Assembly: GCA_963714015.1 (NCBI GenBank)
Contig: OY970223.1
Coordinates: forward strand, 1-64,000
Source: Vulcanimicrobiota bacterium
Lineage (GTDB): Bacteria > Vulcanimicrobiota > Vulcanimicrobiia > Vulcanimicrobiales > Vulcanimicrobiaceae
Length of the DNA: 64,000 bases
Direction of reading: 5' to 3'
The position numbers and the translations under genes are program-made. The notes beneath the pieces were generated by a model that saw nothing but the letters and a program-made list of their open reading frames with translations, searched no databases and had not been told where the DNA came from. This document shows positions 10,555 to 20,538 of the stretch, one piece after another (within the stretch, counting starts at the first letter, position 1; every line of letters begins with the position of its first letter).

Positions 10555-10701
10555 GCGCAGATGAGGCTGCGCGTTGCGGCCGGGTTCGCTCCGCCGCCGG
10601 CGTGCGGAGTTTTGCCGGGAATCCTCCGTTCCGCGCTGGTATCCCAAGGCAAGGCCGTTGAGCGGGTGCTGTTCCCCGGGATCTCACTCCAGCTCATGCG
10701 C
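10555..10701 (+). ncRNA. Candidate structured ncRNA (long rod-like fold, possibly 6S-like)
   Basis: Nested end-to-end complementarity across a ~200-nt intergenic gap, with several G-U pairs on the + strand and a TTTT after it. No family-diagnostic motif recognised. Confidence 0.3.
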
Positions 10702-10750
10702 TTTTCGCCGGAAACTCTGCTCGGGGACTGCCGCCCGCACGATTAGTGAG

Positions 10751-11833
10751 ATGATGCAATCAGAACAGCTCTATCCGTTCATTCTGAAGCCCAAGCTGAC
10801 GCCTGCGATCTGGGGCGGGGATGCATTGGTTCGGGACTTCGGCAAAAATGGCGATGCGAACGCCAAAATCGGCGAGTCTTGGGAGTGCTGGGACGAGAAT
10901 GCGGTCTTGAACGGTGCGCTAAAGGACCGCACCGTCGCGCAGCTGCGCTCGCAGCTCGGCGCGGATCTGCTCGGCGATATCGATTCGGGAGCGATTTTTC
11001 CGATTCTCACCAAGATTATCGATGCGCGGGCATCCCTTTCCGTGCAGGTTCATCCCGGGGACGCATACGCGCAGCGGGTCGAACACCAGGCCAACGGCAA
11101 GACCGAGTGCTGGTACATTTTGGATGCCCAAGCCGGCTCGGAGCTTGTGATGGGTTGGGAGCGCGAAACGAGCCGCGAGGAATACGAGCGCCGCGTTGCC
11201 GACGGCACGTTAGGCGAGATCCTGCATCGCGTCGCCGTGCAACCGGGAGAGGCGTTCTACATTCCCGCCGGCACGCTGCATGCAATCGGCGCGGGAATCG
11301 TCCTCTTCGAGACGCAGCAGGCCAGCGATCTGACGTACCGCATTTTTGATTGGAACCGCATGGGCGCGGACGGCAAACCGCGCGAGCTGCACGTCGCCAA
11401 GGCGGCGGACGTTTTGGACTACCGGCAATCGCAGAGCCGTCCGATCGAGCCGGTGCCGTATGCCTTCGAGGGCTTCACGCGAACGGCGTTCATCGCCGAC
11501 CGGCATTTCCTGGTCGAGCGAGTGACCGCAACGGAAACGGCCGCGACGATGAGCACGCACGGGCGGCCGCTGATCGTGATGGCGCTCGGCGATCCGTTGA
11601 AAGTGGCCTGCGACGGCGGCGAAGCGGAACTGCAGCCATATCAAACGGCCCTCATCCCCGCTGCCGCGGGTCACGCTGCCGTTTCAACCCCAGGAGAAAG
11701 CGCCGCGTTCATGTACGTTACGCCGCCCGCAAGCATCGACGAGGTTGCGCGCCGCTTCAAAGAAGCCGGCGTGGCGTTGCCGCAGATCGATCGCTTTTTA
11801 GCGCAATTCGCGCCATTGACTCCCGTGCGGTAA
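10751..11833 (+). CDS. manA: Mannose-6-phosphate isomerase, class I
   Basis: IWGG, IGESWE, LSVQVHP, GKTECWY, IPAGTLHAIG, ETQQASDLTYRIFDW. Confidence 0.9.
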   Translation: MMQSEQLYPFILKPKLTPAIWGGDALVRDFGKNGDANAKIGESWECWDENAVLNGALKDRTVAQLRSQLGADLLGDIDSGAIFPILTKIIDARASLSVQVHPGDAYAQRVEHQANGKTECWYILDAQAGSELVMGWERETSREEYERRVADGTLGEILHRVAVQPGEAFYIPAGTLHAIGAGIVLFETQQASDLTYRIFDWNRMGADGKPRELHVAKAADVLDYRQSQSRPIEPVPYAFEGFTRTAFIADRHFLVERVTATETAATMSTHGRPLIVMALGDPLKVACDGGEAELQPYQTALIPAAAGHAAVSTPGESAAFMYVTPPASIDEVARRFKEAGVALPQIDRFLAQFAPLTPVR

Positions 11834-11836
11834 CTT

Positions 11837-13138
11837 CTAATTGCGGCGAATTGCAGCCGCCGCGCGCTTTCCGCTCTCGAGTGCGCCGCCCACCGTGCCG
11901 CTTTCGCCCTTGCCCACGATAGCCTCTCCCGCGAAATAGAGTACATCGCCGACGGGACGCTGCAGCGTTTCATGCGCGTCGAGTCCGCCCGTGAGAAGAT
12001 AACTATATGCGCCCAGAGCGTAGGGATCGCTTTGCCAGTCGTGCATATAAGCGCCTTCGAGTTCAGCGTAGAGCCGGTTTTCCGCAATGCCGAGCATGCG
12101 CGCAAAGCCTTCGACGGCGATACGGAAGATGGCCGAGGGTGTTTCGCCGGACAGCAAATCGGAACGGGGCCCGCCGGCCCATGCCGCGACGATTGGTGAA
12201 ACGATCGGGTAGGTCGTCCAGTACGCCGGAAACGCTCCGGCCGGATCGTAAAAGAACGCCGCATCGCGCAATTTGTGGTCGTGCGCCGCTTCCCAAACCG
12301 GCCGCGAGAAACGCAGCACGACCTTGGTAACCGGGCCCATCGCAATCTTGGCGAGAGCGTCGCAGTATATGCGCGGAAGATCGGGCGAGAATTTTACCGT
12401 GCGCGATGCGAGTACGCCGATCGGAAAAGTCATCACGGCGCGCCGCGCTTGGAATTCGATGGCGCGATCGTGTTTGCGGGCACGAATCCGCACGCCGGCC
12501 TCTCCCCAAACAACGTCTTCGACGATTGTCTGCAGAGAGATCCGCGCACGCGACGGCTCTAGTGATGCGCCGAGCGCATTCATGAGCGGCGCATAACCGC
12601 AAGACGGCCGCCCCTGCACGCGATCGATGCCCGCTTCGCCGGTCCATTCCGCCGCGATACCCTGAATGCCGGCTTTCGCGGGATCCGCTGCGTCGAACCC
12701 TTCGACGACCATCCTGAGCCACTCCGCCGGCTCGGTGAACCGCGGATCGTTCTCGAAACGCGCGAGAAAGGCGCTGACGCTTTCGTCGGGCCCGTTCAAA
12801 TCGACTTGCTGCATCAACTGAGCCGCAGCATCGAACGGATCGCCGCTCGACGATTGAAGTCTGCCGTCGCGCAGCTCCCAATTCGATCCGCCTTCTCCTA
12901 CGGGCCCGGCCCCGATAGCGCGAAGCAGCTGCAGCGTAACCGGCGCTTCGCCATGAATGAATTCAGCGCCCAGTTCCATGGGATGCGATGTGCGCGGATC
13001 GAAACGAGTGAGGACTCTTCCGCCGACGCGGTCGCGCGCCTCGATGACCGCAACGCTGTGGCCGCTCTGCGCGAGATCGGCCGCCGCTGCAAGTCCCGCG
13101 GCGCCCGCGCCCAAGACTGCCACGTCGTACTCTTCCAT
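11837..13138 (-). CDS. Flavin monoamine oxidase family FAD-dependent oxidoreductase
   Basis: DVAVLGAGAAGL, EARDRVGGR, ELGAEFIHG, DWQSDPYALGAYS, YFAGEA, GTVGGALESG. Confidence 0.88.
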   Translation of the reverse strand: MEEYDVAVLGAGAAGLAAAADLAQSGHSVAVIEARDRVGGRVLTRFDPRTSHPMELGAEFIHGEAPVTLQLLRAIGAGPVGEGGSNWELRDGRLQSSSGDPFDAAAQLMQQVDLNGPDESVSAFLARFENDPRFTEPAEWLRMVVEGFDAADPAKAGIQGIAAEWTGEAGIDRVQGRPSCGYAPLMNALGASLEPSRARISLQTIVEDVVWGEAGVRIRARKHDRAIEFQARRAVMTFPIGVLASRTVKFSPDLPRIYCDALAKIAMGPVTKVVLRFSRPVWEAAHDHKLRDAAFFYDPAGAFPAYWTTYPIVSPIVAAWAGGPRSDLLSGETPSAIFRIAVEGFARMLGIAENRLYAELEGAYMHDWQSDPYALGAYSYLLTGGLDAHETLQRPVGDVLYFAGEAIVGKGESGTVGGALESGKRAAAAIRRN

Positions 13139-13192
13139 AGTGCACGAATAGTTCAGCAGGCTCGGCGATGCCTCTGAGGCAACAACGCGGGC

Positions 13193-14432
13193 ATGATTCG
13201 CATCGGCGGAGTATCGGCGGCCGAACTTGCAAGCGCATACGGCACGCCGCTCCTGGCGATCGACTACGACGTGTTGGACGGGGCTATCGGCGACTTCACC
13301 CATGCGTGCGCGCCGCACGGCATTGAAATCGCGTACGCGGCCAAAGCACTGCTGCTGGTCGCGCTGGCAAATCATCTTCGTCATACGGTTCTGCAGTTGG
13401 ACGTGTGCTCGCTGGGCGAACTGGTCACCGCCGAACGCGGCGGGTTTCCCGCGGATCGGATAACCCTGCACGGCTGCGGCAAAACCGATCAAGAGCTCGA
13501 TGCTGCAGCGGCGGGGCGCGCCTGGCCGGATCGTCGTGGATAACTTGCACGAACTGCAACGGCTCGCTGCACGCGCTTCGGAATTCTCACCGGTGCCCGT
13601 TCTGCTTCGCATCAATACCGGAATCGAGGCGCACACGCACCATTTCGTCCGTACAGCCGGGCCGAACTCGAAGTTCGGGTTCGATCCCGCCTCGCTTCCC
13701 GAAGCGATCGACATCCTCAAAGCCGCCGCGGCGCTGCGCTTTATTGGCCTGCACGCGCACATCGGTTCGCAGATCTACGAGCCGGACGCCTTTGCGGCGA
13801 ACGCCAGAGTGCTGATCGAACGCGCCGCATATTGCGCGCATGCCGGACTGATCGCCCAGATCGTCGTCGTGGGCGGCGGTTTCGGCGTGCCGATGCATCC
13901 GGAGCGGCCGGAGCCGATCGATCTCTGCGCGACGATGGGCGAGATTGCTTCGATGGTGGCCAAAGAGTCCCAACGGCGGAGCATCCCGGCGCCCCGCATC
14001 GGAATCGAACCAGGACGCGCGCTCATTGCGGCTGCCGGCACGTCCGTGTATTCGGTTATGGCGGTAAAGCGCCAATTCGATCGCGCTTACGCGATCGTCG
14101 ACGGAGGCATATACGAGAATCCCCGTCCTGCGTTGTACGATGCCTACCACCACATCGTCGCGGCGAGCGATAGCAGTGAACGAACGGTCGAAATGCGCGT
14201 GTGCGGACGAACGTGCGAAAACGACGAACTCGGTACGGCAAAGCTGCCCGGCGATTTGAAAGCAGGCGACCTCGTGGCGATGTGCACGACGGGCGCGTAC
14301 ACCTACAGCATGGCGAGCAATTACAACCGGTTTTCACGGCCTCCGGTTATCGCCGTGCGGCAAGGCACCCACGCGCTCATTGCGCGCCGGGAGAACGTCG
14401 ACGACTTGCTCTATGCCGACGCCGATGCTTAG
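13193..14432 (+). CDS. lysA: Diaminopimelate decarboxylase; frameshift near 13520
   Basis: YGTPL, YAAKA, DVCSLGEL, SKFG, HAHIGSQI, GGGFG, EPGRAL, GRTCENDE, GAYTYSMASNYN. Confidence 0.92.
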
Positions 14433-15891
14433 CGCTCGACTCATCGCACTCGCTCTAGCGGCGCTTTTGACGGGAGCAATCGAGCGGCCCGCGCCGGGCG
14501 GAGATCCGTGGACCGCTTCCGAGATAACGGCTCTTCAGCAGACGATCGGCGGCGATCTCGGATCGCCTGCGTTTGCCGGAGCTCAGGTCGGGCTCGATAT
14601 CGTGGACACGCAGCGCGGCGTGCCTCTTTTCTCGCAGAATGCAACGCAAGAGTTCATGCCCGCTTCGAACATGAAGCTGCTCACGGGTTCCGCCGCATTG
14701 CAGCAGCTCGGGCCGCAGTTCTCATTCGACACCGCCGTTTTGGCCGACGTCAATCCCGTAAACGGCATCGTTGCGGGCAATCTTTATCTGCGCGGCGGCG
14801 GAGACGCTCAACTGAGTGTTCGCGACCTCGAGAACGCGGCGCAAACGCTCGCAGCGGTTGGGATCGAGCACGTCACGGGCGCGCTCTTGATCGATACGGC
14901 GCATTACGACGCGGCACGGTTCTGCCCGGGCTGGCAATTGGATGACGTGCCGTACTATTATGCCCCGGCGCTGAGTGCGCTGGAGTTGGAAGACGGCGTC
15001 GTACACGTGCGGGTAACTCCGGGTTCGCAGATCGGCGCTCCCGCGCAGCTCGACGTCTCGCCGCAATCCGGCGCCTATTCGATCGACAATCGAATTATCA
15101 CCGGACCGCGCGGCTCGAAGGACACAACGGACGTCGTCCGCCCGTGGAACCGGCCTTTGACGATTGAATTGACCGGAAGCTATCCGCTCGGGAGCGCAAT
15201 CTCCGACGATTTAGCCCCCAGCGTTCCCGATCCGGCTGCCTATGCCGGTGACGTTTTTGCTCGCGCGCTTGCGGCGCATGGGATTGACGTTGCGGAAGGC
15301 GTTCGGCAAGGTGACACGCCTGCGAGCGCTCGAGAACTTTGGGATCGTCGATCGGCAGCGTTGCCGAAGCTGCTCGCGAACATGTGGCTTCCCAGCGACA
15401 ACCTGATGGCCGAGATGTTTCTGAAAGAACTCGGCGCCCAGCAGTCAACGCCTGGAACGAGCGCCGCCGGGATTCGGGTGCTTCGAACTTATCTACGCTC
15501 CGCCGGCGTCGATCCGGCGACGGTGTCGATCTCCGACGGCTCCGGGCTCTCCGCGTACGATCGCATCACGCCGGCGGATCTGGTTGCAATACTGCAATCC
15601 GATTGGAACGGCCCATATCGCGAGACCGTTCTGGACGCACTGCCGATAGCCGGCGTGCGCGGAACGCTGAAGTACGCTTATGCCGGGACGCCGGCGGAAG
15701 GCGCAGTCTTTGCAAAGACCGGAAGTTGGACGCACGCAACGACGCTTTCGGGATACGTGCAGACGCGCACGCACGGACCGGTGACGTTCTCGTTCTTGAT
15801 AAACGAATGGGTGGGAGACGACCGGGACGCCGGCGCGGCGGCGGTCGCAAAGGCTAGAGCCGCCATTCTGTCGGCGGTCGCGGAGCAGTAA
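14425..15891 (+). CDS. dacB: D-alanyl-D-alanine carboxypeptidase/endopeptidase (PBP4, S13)
   Basis: PASNMK (SxxK), SDN, DGSGLS, AKTG. Confidence 0.9.
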   Translation: MLSARLIALALAALLTGAIERPAPGGDPWTASEITALQQTIGGDLGSPAFAGAQVGLDIVDTQRGVPLFSQNATQEFMPASNMKLLTGSAALQQLGPQFSFDTAVLADVNPVNGIVAGNLYLRGGGDAQLSVRDLENAAQTLAAVGIEHVTGALLIDTAHYDAARFCPGWQLDDVPYYYAPALSALELEDGVVHVRVTPGSQIGAPAQLDVSPQSGAYSIDNRIITGPRGSKDTTDVVRPWNRPLTIELTGSYPLGSAISDDLAPSVPDPAAYAGDVFARALAAHGIDVAEGVRQGDTPASARELWDRRSAALPKLLANMWLPSDNLMAEMFLKELGAQQSTPGTSAAGIRVLRTYLRSAGVDPATVSISDGSGLSAYDRITPADLVAILQSDWNGPYRETVLDALPIAGVRGTLKYAYAGTPAEGAVFAKTGSWTHATTLSGYVQTRTHGPVTFSFLINEWVGDDRDAGAAAVAKARAAILSAVAEQ

Positions 15892-15935
15892 CCCCTGATG
15901 CATCCGCCGGCCCTCGAGCGGCGTTCATAGGATGC

Positions 15936-16418
15936 ATGGATACGACGCAAAGAGCCACGTTCGCAGCCGGATGCTTCTGGGGAGTCGAGGCGGCCTTCCG
16001 CCAGGTTCCCGGAGTGCTCGACGCGGTGAGCGGTTACACCGGCGGAACGACGCTCAACCCAACCTACCGCCAGGTGTGCAGCGATAACACCGGTCACGCG
16101 GAGGCGGTTTTGGTGACGTACGATCCCGATAAAGTTTCGTACGACGACCTGCTGCGCGCGTTCTGGGATCTTCACGATCCCACCACGCTGAATCGCCAAG
16201 GACCGGACGCGGGAACGCAATACCGATCGGCAATCTTCGTACATTCGCCCGCGCAGCGCGAAGCCGCGGAGCGCAGCAAAGCCGAAGAGCAGCCGCGATA
16301 CTCGCGTCCCATCGTCACCCAGATAGCGGATGCGGCGGCTTTTTATCCGGCGGAAGAGTACCACCAGCGCTACTTTGAGAAGAACGGCGGTGCCGCATGT
16401 CACATTCCGACTCGCTGA
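15936..16418 (+). CDS. msrA: Peptide-methionine (S)-S-oxide reductase
   Basis: [32 protein letters not shown]. Confidence 0.96.
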   Translation: MDTTQRATFAAGCFWGVEAAFRQVPGVLDAVSGYTGGTTLNPTYRQVCSDNTGHAEAVLVTYDPDKVSYDDLLRAFWDLHDPTTLNRQGPDAGTQYRSAIFVHSPAQREAAERSKAEEQPRYSRPIVTQIADAAAFYPAEEYHQRYFEKNGGAACHIPTR

Positions 16419-16867
16419 CGCGCACTTCTTGGCTGCGCGCAATGGCCGTCTTTGCGGCCGCTTCGCTCACCGGCGCAACGCCGCGTGACACGGAGCGCGA
16501 CGAGCGTAATTGGGTGATGTGGCAGAACGGTACGGAAGCGCCGTTCAGCAGCCCGCTGCTCGGCGAGAAGCGCGCCGGAATTTATCACTGCGCCAACTGC
16601 GAATTGCCGCTCTTTTCCTCGAAGACGAAATACGACTCGGGCGAAGGGTGGCCCAGTTTTTATGCGCCGCTTCCGGACGCACTCGCCACGCGCAACGACT
16701 ATGAACTGGTCGAGCAGCGCACGGAAGTGCACTGCCGGCGGTGCAAAGCACATCTCGGACACGTCTTCGACGACGGGCCGCCGCCCACGGGACTGCGTTA
16801 CTGCATCGACGGGATCGCGCTGAATTTCGTTCCGGGAGCTACAACAGTCCCCGATTCGCGCGGGTAA
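16397..16867 (+). CDS. msrB: Peptide-methionine (R)-S-oxide reductase with a signal-peptide-like N-terminus
   Basis: [38 protein letters not shown]. Confidence 0.92.
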   Translation: MSHSDSLTRTSWLRAMAVFAAASLTGATPRDTERDERNWVMWQNGTEAPFSSPLLGEKRAGIYHCANCELPLFSSKTKYDSGEGWPSFYAPLPDALATRNDYELVEQRTEVHCRRCKAHLGHVFDDGPPPTGLRYCIDGIALNFVPGATTVPDSRG

Positions 16868-17285
16868 TAATGTCGTTGAGCGTCAGCACCTCGATCTTCT
16901 CCGACTCGCGGATATACGACCGGAATTCTTCGGACAGATAAAAATCCACCAAGCCGGGATTGAAGCCGTCGCCGCCGACGACCACATACGCTTTGTCGTA
17001 CACCGCCGCATTTTCGCGGAGGGTGTGAAGCAGTTTAATCACCTCAAAGGGGATCTTCTCCTCAGCGCTTCCCGCGGTCTGTTGCCATTTGAGCGAGACC
17101 AAGAACTTCGTTCCATTCGGCCGCATGCCGATGAGATCGGCGCGATGCCGTCCGCCGCCGGGCTTCGTTCCGACGATCTGCTGCTTTTGAACGGCATAGC
17201 TGTTGTTGAGCAAAACCGCCTCGACCGTGACCTCGAGCGTCGAGCCCGTTTTCGTGCCGCTGCTTCCCGGAAAGAGCATTCCCAT
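16839..17285 (-). CDS. Small PD-(D/E)XK restriction-endonuclease-like protein (~148 aa)
   Basis: GSTLE..VE helix, HRADLIG, LVSLKWQQTAGSAEEKIPFE; starts 2 bp after the methyltransferase stop. Confidence 0.72.
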   Translation of the reverse strand: MGMLFPGSSGTKTGSTLEVTVEAVLLNNSYAVQKQQIVGTKPGGGRHRADLIGMRPNGTKFLVSLKWQQTAGSAEEKIPFEVIKLLHTLRENAAVYDKAYVVVGGDGFNPGLVDFYLSEEFRSYIRESEKIEVLTLNDIITRANRGLL

Positions 17286-17286
17286 T

Positions 17287-18102
17287 CTAAAGATTCCGAA
17301 CGGCGAGCATCTCTTCGGCGTCGTCGCGGTTGCCGTCGCAGCTGATCCTTCGGGGCGCGGCAAGCTTGCGCACGCAGAAGCCCAGACCGCGGTATAACCG
17401 GCAGATGCGCGGCGTTGCTTGATTTGACGCGAGGACGGGACCGGGATGTGAGGCCAGCCATTCGGCCAAGCGCAGTTGGTCTTGCCAAGTGAAGCCGCCC
17501 GCCGAGTACGACGTAAACTCCACATCGTACGGAGGATCGGCGTAGATGAAATCCTGAGGTTCGATTCGGAGATCGGCGAAGTCTGCGTTCGTGAACGAGT
17601 AATGCGCAAGCACTTGCGCGTACTCCGTGAAATCCGTGCGATAGGGCGGGCGTTTGTAGCGCCCGAACGGCACGTTGAAGAATCCCTTGGCGTTGAAGCG
17701 GCAGAGCCCGTTGTAACCGAAGCGATTCAAGTAGTAAAACAGCACGGCGGCTTGCGCACTTTCGCTCGATCCGCTGCGGATGAGGTCGTTGAACAGCGCG
17801 CGGTTATGCGCGTAGACCGCTCGATCGTTGAGGAAACGTATTGCTGCGGATTCCGTATTGAGTCCGCGCTGCAGCCAGCGATAAAACGAAATCAGGTGCG
17901 GGTTCACATCGTTGAGCAATGCCCGGCCCGGCAAAAAACCCAGCGTTACGGCCAGGCCGCCTGCAAACGGTTCCACCAGACGGCGATCTTCGTTCCCGGT
18001 CCAATACTTGGCCAACTCCGGAACGAGCCAACGTTTACCGCCTGCCCATTTCAGCGGCGGCGCAAGCGGGGCTGCGCCGATTGCATCCAAGGCGAAGGCC
18101 AT
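17287..18102 (-). CDS. Dam-family (D12 class) DNA adenine methyltransferase
   Basis: PLKWAGGKR, VEPFAGG, LNDVN, LNRFGYNGLCRFN..G.FNVPFG, YADPPY. Confidence 0.93.
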   Translation of the reverse strand: MAFALDAIGAAPLAPPLKWAGGKRWLVPELAKYWTGNEDRRLVEPFAGGLAVTLGFLPGRALLNDVNPHLISFYRWLQRGLNTESAAIRFLNDRAVYAHNRALFNDLIRSGSSESAQAAVLFYYLNRFGYNGLCRFNAKGFFNVPFGRYKRPPYRTDFTEYAQVLAHYSFTNADFADLRIEPQDFIYADPPYDVEFTSYSAGGFTWQDQLRLAEWLASHPGPVLASNQATPRICRLYRGLGFCVRKLAAPRRISCDGNRDDAEEMLAVRNL

Positions 18103-18168
18103 GATCGCATGATTGCGCCAGGCGGTGCCATACGCCTGTCCTTCTGCGATGACGAAAAACCGGCTCGA

Positions 18169-18552
18169 TCAGTGCCCGCAGATGCGCGAGGCGATCGCGG
18201 TATTCGACTGCTGGAGGCAGACCGTTCCCGAACGGGACTCTTCGGGTTGCCTTATGAGGTCCACCGGTTCGGCCGGAAGCCGGAAATCCTTGAGCGACGG
18301 CTTGACTGCGTATCCGGCATAGCCTGCGATCGACGGAGACACGGGCGCGTGTCCGGCGATAATGCGCACCGCGGTGCGAAGGACGAACTCTCCGGCCTCT
18401 TTGGCAGTAATCTCTTTGAGGGTGCTGGGATCGAGCAGTTTATGGTGAACCGCAGCAGCGGCGGGCGCAGGTCCCGCTTCCGGGCGTATCGTCACCCTAA
18501 AGCTGAACGAGTGCGCTCCGAGCGCGATGGCAAAAGCGGCTGGTCCCAACAT
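18169..18552 (-). CDS. Hypothetical protein (127 aa), possibly secreted
   Basis: ATG just downstream of the second msrB; hydrophobic N-terminus MLGPAAFAIALGA; fills the gap before the methyltransferase. Confidence 0.4.
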   Translation of the reverse strand: MLGPAAFAIALGAHSFSFRVTIRPEAGPAPAAAAVHHKLLDPSTLKEITAKEAGEFVLRTAVRIIAGHAPVSPSIAGYAGYAVKPSLKDFRLPAEPVDLIRQPEESRSGTVCLQQSNTAIASRICGH

Positions 18553-18565
18553 GGCGGTATTCTCA

Positions 18566-19000
18566 CTATACCCCGTTGCCGGACGGCTCGTCGTCCTTCC
18601 TTCGAAAGTCCAGGGAGAGCGAGTTGATGCAGTAGCGCGTCCCCTCCGGTCCGGGACCATCGTCGAAAACGTGACCCAGGTGGGAATCGCAGCGCTTGCA
18701 GCGCACTTCGACGCGACGCATGCCGTGGCTGTAGTCGTCCAAGAGCCGGACGTTCTGCTGCTGTTCGGGGTGCGTGAAGCTGGGCCAGCCGCAGTGCGAT
18801 TCAAACTTGGAGTCCGATTGAAAGAGCGGATTCCCGCAAGCACCGCAGACATACGTTCCCGCTTCGGTGACCTCGAGCAGCTTGCCGGTGAATGGCCGCT
18901 CGGTGCCGGCTTGGCGCAGAACGTAATACCGTTCATCTCCCAATTCCGAGCGCCAGTCCGCTTCGCTTTTGTCGACCTCGGGTTTGACGTCGCGCTGCAC
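18566..19000 (-). CDS. msrB: Peptide-methionine (R)-S-oxide reductase (cytoplasmic paralog)
   Basis: [50 protein letters not shown]. Confidence 0.95.
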   Translation of the reverse strand: MQRDVKPEVDKSEADWRSELGDERYYVLRQAGTERPFTGKLLEVTEAGTYVCGACGNPLFQSDSKFESHCGWPSFTHPEQQQNVRLLDDYSHGMRRVEVRCKRCDSHLGHVFDDGPGPEGTRYCINSLSLDFRRKDDEPSGNGV

Positions 19001-19005
19001 GGCCG

Positions 19006-19185
19006 TTACCTTCGGTTAAACGTCTGCTCGACGTTCTGTACGCCGCTCTCGACCGCTGCTTCGGTCCTTCGGAAGAGCCCGGCAACCCAGCGGATTATGG
19101 CGATCAAACCGATGAGCGCCAGCAGAAAAATGATAAAAAAGAGCCACGCGGCGATGTGGACCAAATGCATGACGGCTTGTTCCAT
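19006..19185 (-). CDS. Small single-pass membrane protein (59 aa), missing from the ORF track
   Basis: GGGGAGG ribosome-binding site followed by MEQAVMHLVHIAAWLFFIIFLLALIGLIAIIRWVAGLFRRTEAAVESGVQNVEQTFNRR*; fills the gap between the YncE-like gene and msrB. Confidence 0.75.
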   Translation of the reverse strand: MEQAVMHLVHIAAWLFFIIFLLALIGLIAIIRWVAGLFRRTEAAVESGVQNVEQTFNRR

Positions 19186-19197
19186 AAGTTCCTCCCC

Positions 19198-20226
19198 TTA
19201 AGGATCCAGCACGAGCAGCGTAAACGTTCCGGGAATGACGTGATAGCGATCGCGGTAGGACGAGGCATTCGGATTGATCTGCATCTTGGCCGTCACCAAA
19301 TAGACTTCTCCGCTATCGGGATTCAGCGCCATCGTGCGGGCGCCGGTTTCGGTTTGAGCCGTCTGCATCACGGCAAAGCTCTGCGGCGTCGTTTCTTGCA
19401 CCACCGTGAGCGTCGCATCCCGCCCGTTGGGCGCGTACGCCAGATTCAGCTTCGAAGAGAAACGCGTCGCGTCCGTTCCTTTACCGGTCGGCAACGTGGC
19501 CAGCACTTTGCCGCTGTCCGCGTCGACGACGCCCATTTGGCCCTCGCATGCGGTGAACAAGCGGCGATGGTCGCGATCCATCGACAGCCCCGAGGGCGAT
19601 TGACACGGCGCAAGCGGCCAGCGCGCCGTTATGGCACCGCTCTGCGCGTTTATCGCAACGATCTCACTCTTGTCCTCGAGATTGTCGTACACCATTCCCT
19701 TCCCATCGGCGACTGCAAATTCCGGGCGTCCGCCGAGGGGAATCTGCGCCACCACGGCATTGGTCCTCGCATCGATCGCCGTCGCGCTCGTGCTTTCTCC
19801 GTTGAAGGTGAAGACGCGTTTGGTCGCCGGATCGTAGATGATGCAGTCAGGACCTTTGGCGTTTGTTTGAATGGTTGCAAGCGTCCGAAGCGTCTTCAGA
19901 TCGAAGACCGTTACCGTGCCGTCTCTACCGTTGGAAGTAAAGCCCTTGCCCAAGTCTTGCGCGAGAGCGATTCCATGCACGCCCGGCGTGTTGGGAATAT
20001 CACCGACGACGGCGCCGGTCGAGGGATCGACGACCATGACGTGCGTCGCGCGCGAAATGAAAAGCCGTTTTCCGGCCGGATCGTACGTGAGGTAGTCCCA
20101 GCCCCCGTCACCGCCCAAGACGAACCGGTGCACGAGATGATAATTCGGGGCAGGAGCAGCGTACGCAGGCGCGGCCGCTAACGCCAAAGCGGAGCCGGCC
20201 GCCGCAAAAAAAGCTGCTAATCGCAT
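19198..20226 (-). CDS. YncE/YVTN beta-propeller secreted protein
   Basis: Signal peptide, GGDGGWDYL, GVHGIAL, PDCIIYDP, PEFAVADG, GARTMAL. Confidence 0.85.
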   Translation of the reverse strand: MRLAAFFAAAGSALALAAAPAYAAPAPNYHLVHRFVLGGDGGWDYLTYDPAGKRLFISRATHVMVVDPSTGAVVGDIPNTPGVHGIALAQDLGKGFTSNGRDGTVTVFDLKTLRTLATIQTNAKGPDCIIYDPATKRVFTFNGESTSATAIDARTNAVVAQIPLGGRPEFAVADGKGMVYDNLEDKSEIVAINAQSGAITARWPLAPCQSPSGLSMDRDHRRLFTACEGQMGVVDADSGKVLATLPTGKGTDATRFSSKLNLAYAPNGRDATLTVVQETTPQSFAVMQTAQTETGARTMALNPDSGEVYLVTAKMQINPNASSYRDRYHVIPGTFTLLVLDP

Positions 20227-20276
20227 CGGGCTGCCTTCGTCGCACCGGCAGGTACTCCCACCGGACGACATTCGCG

Positions 20277-20352
20277 TGGAGCCGACGGCCGGACTCGAAC
20301 CGGCGACCTATTGTTTACGAAACAATTGCTCTACCAACTGAGCTACGTCGGC
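20277..20352 (-). tRNA. tRNA-Thr (anticodon CGT) with encoded CCA
   Basis: GCCGACGTAGCTCAGTTGGTAGAGCAATTGTTTCGTAAACAATAGGTCGCCGGTTCGAGTCCGGCCGTCGGCTCCA; 76-nt cloverleaf. Confidence 0.97.
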
Positions 20353-20467
20353 GCGACGCGATGCTTGCGGCCACAAGTGCGCCGACGAGGGTTCCAGCCG
20401 CGTAGTCGTTCGCCTTCCGCACGGCGTAAAATCCTCGTTATGGCCCGAAGCCGCCCGCACCGCCACT

Positions 20468-20525
20468 CCTAAGGAATTAGTTGACAAGTCCGCACGCATC
20501 GGCTATGCTCTCTTAAAGAATTAAG
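20468..20525 (+). promoter_or_regulatory. Sigma70-type promoter flanked by two imperfect palindromic operators
   Basis: TTGACA (20481) - 17 bp - TATGCT (20504), with CCTAAGGAATTAG upstream and CTTAAAGAATTAAG downstream. Confidence 0.7.
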
Positions 20526-20538
20526 ACTGGAGGCCGGT

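Noticed and set aside
8291..10687. 798-aa ORF as a single large protein
   Set aside because: The first ~310 codons are antisense to the SRPBCC gene and the intergenic region; the likely start is the GTG at 9748.
15936..19000. Selenocysteine recoding in the Msr genes
   Set aside because: All catalytic positions are ordinary Cys codons and there is no in-frame TGA.
17476..20181. Long antisense or alternate-frame ORFs (e.g. 17476-18627, 19156-20181, and similar ones across the window)
   Set aside because: These are Arg/Ala-rich shadow ORFs of real genes, expected in high-GC DNA.
20277..20352. tRNA-Thr as the integration site of an island carrying the methyltransferase-nuclease pair
   Set aside because: I saw no integrase and no duplicated tRNA 3' end, and the intervening genes look native.
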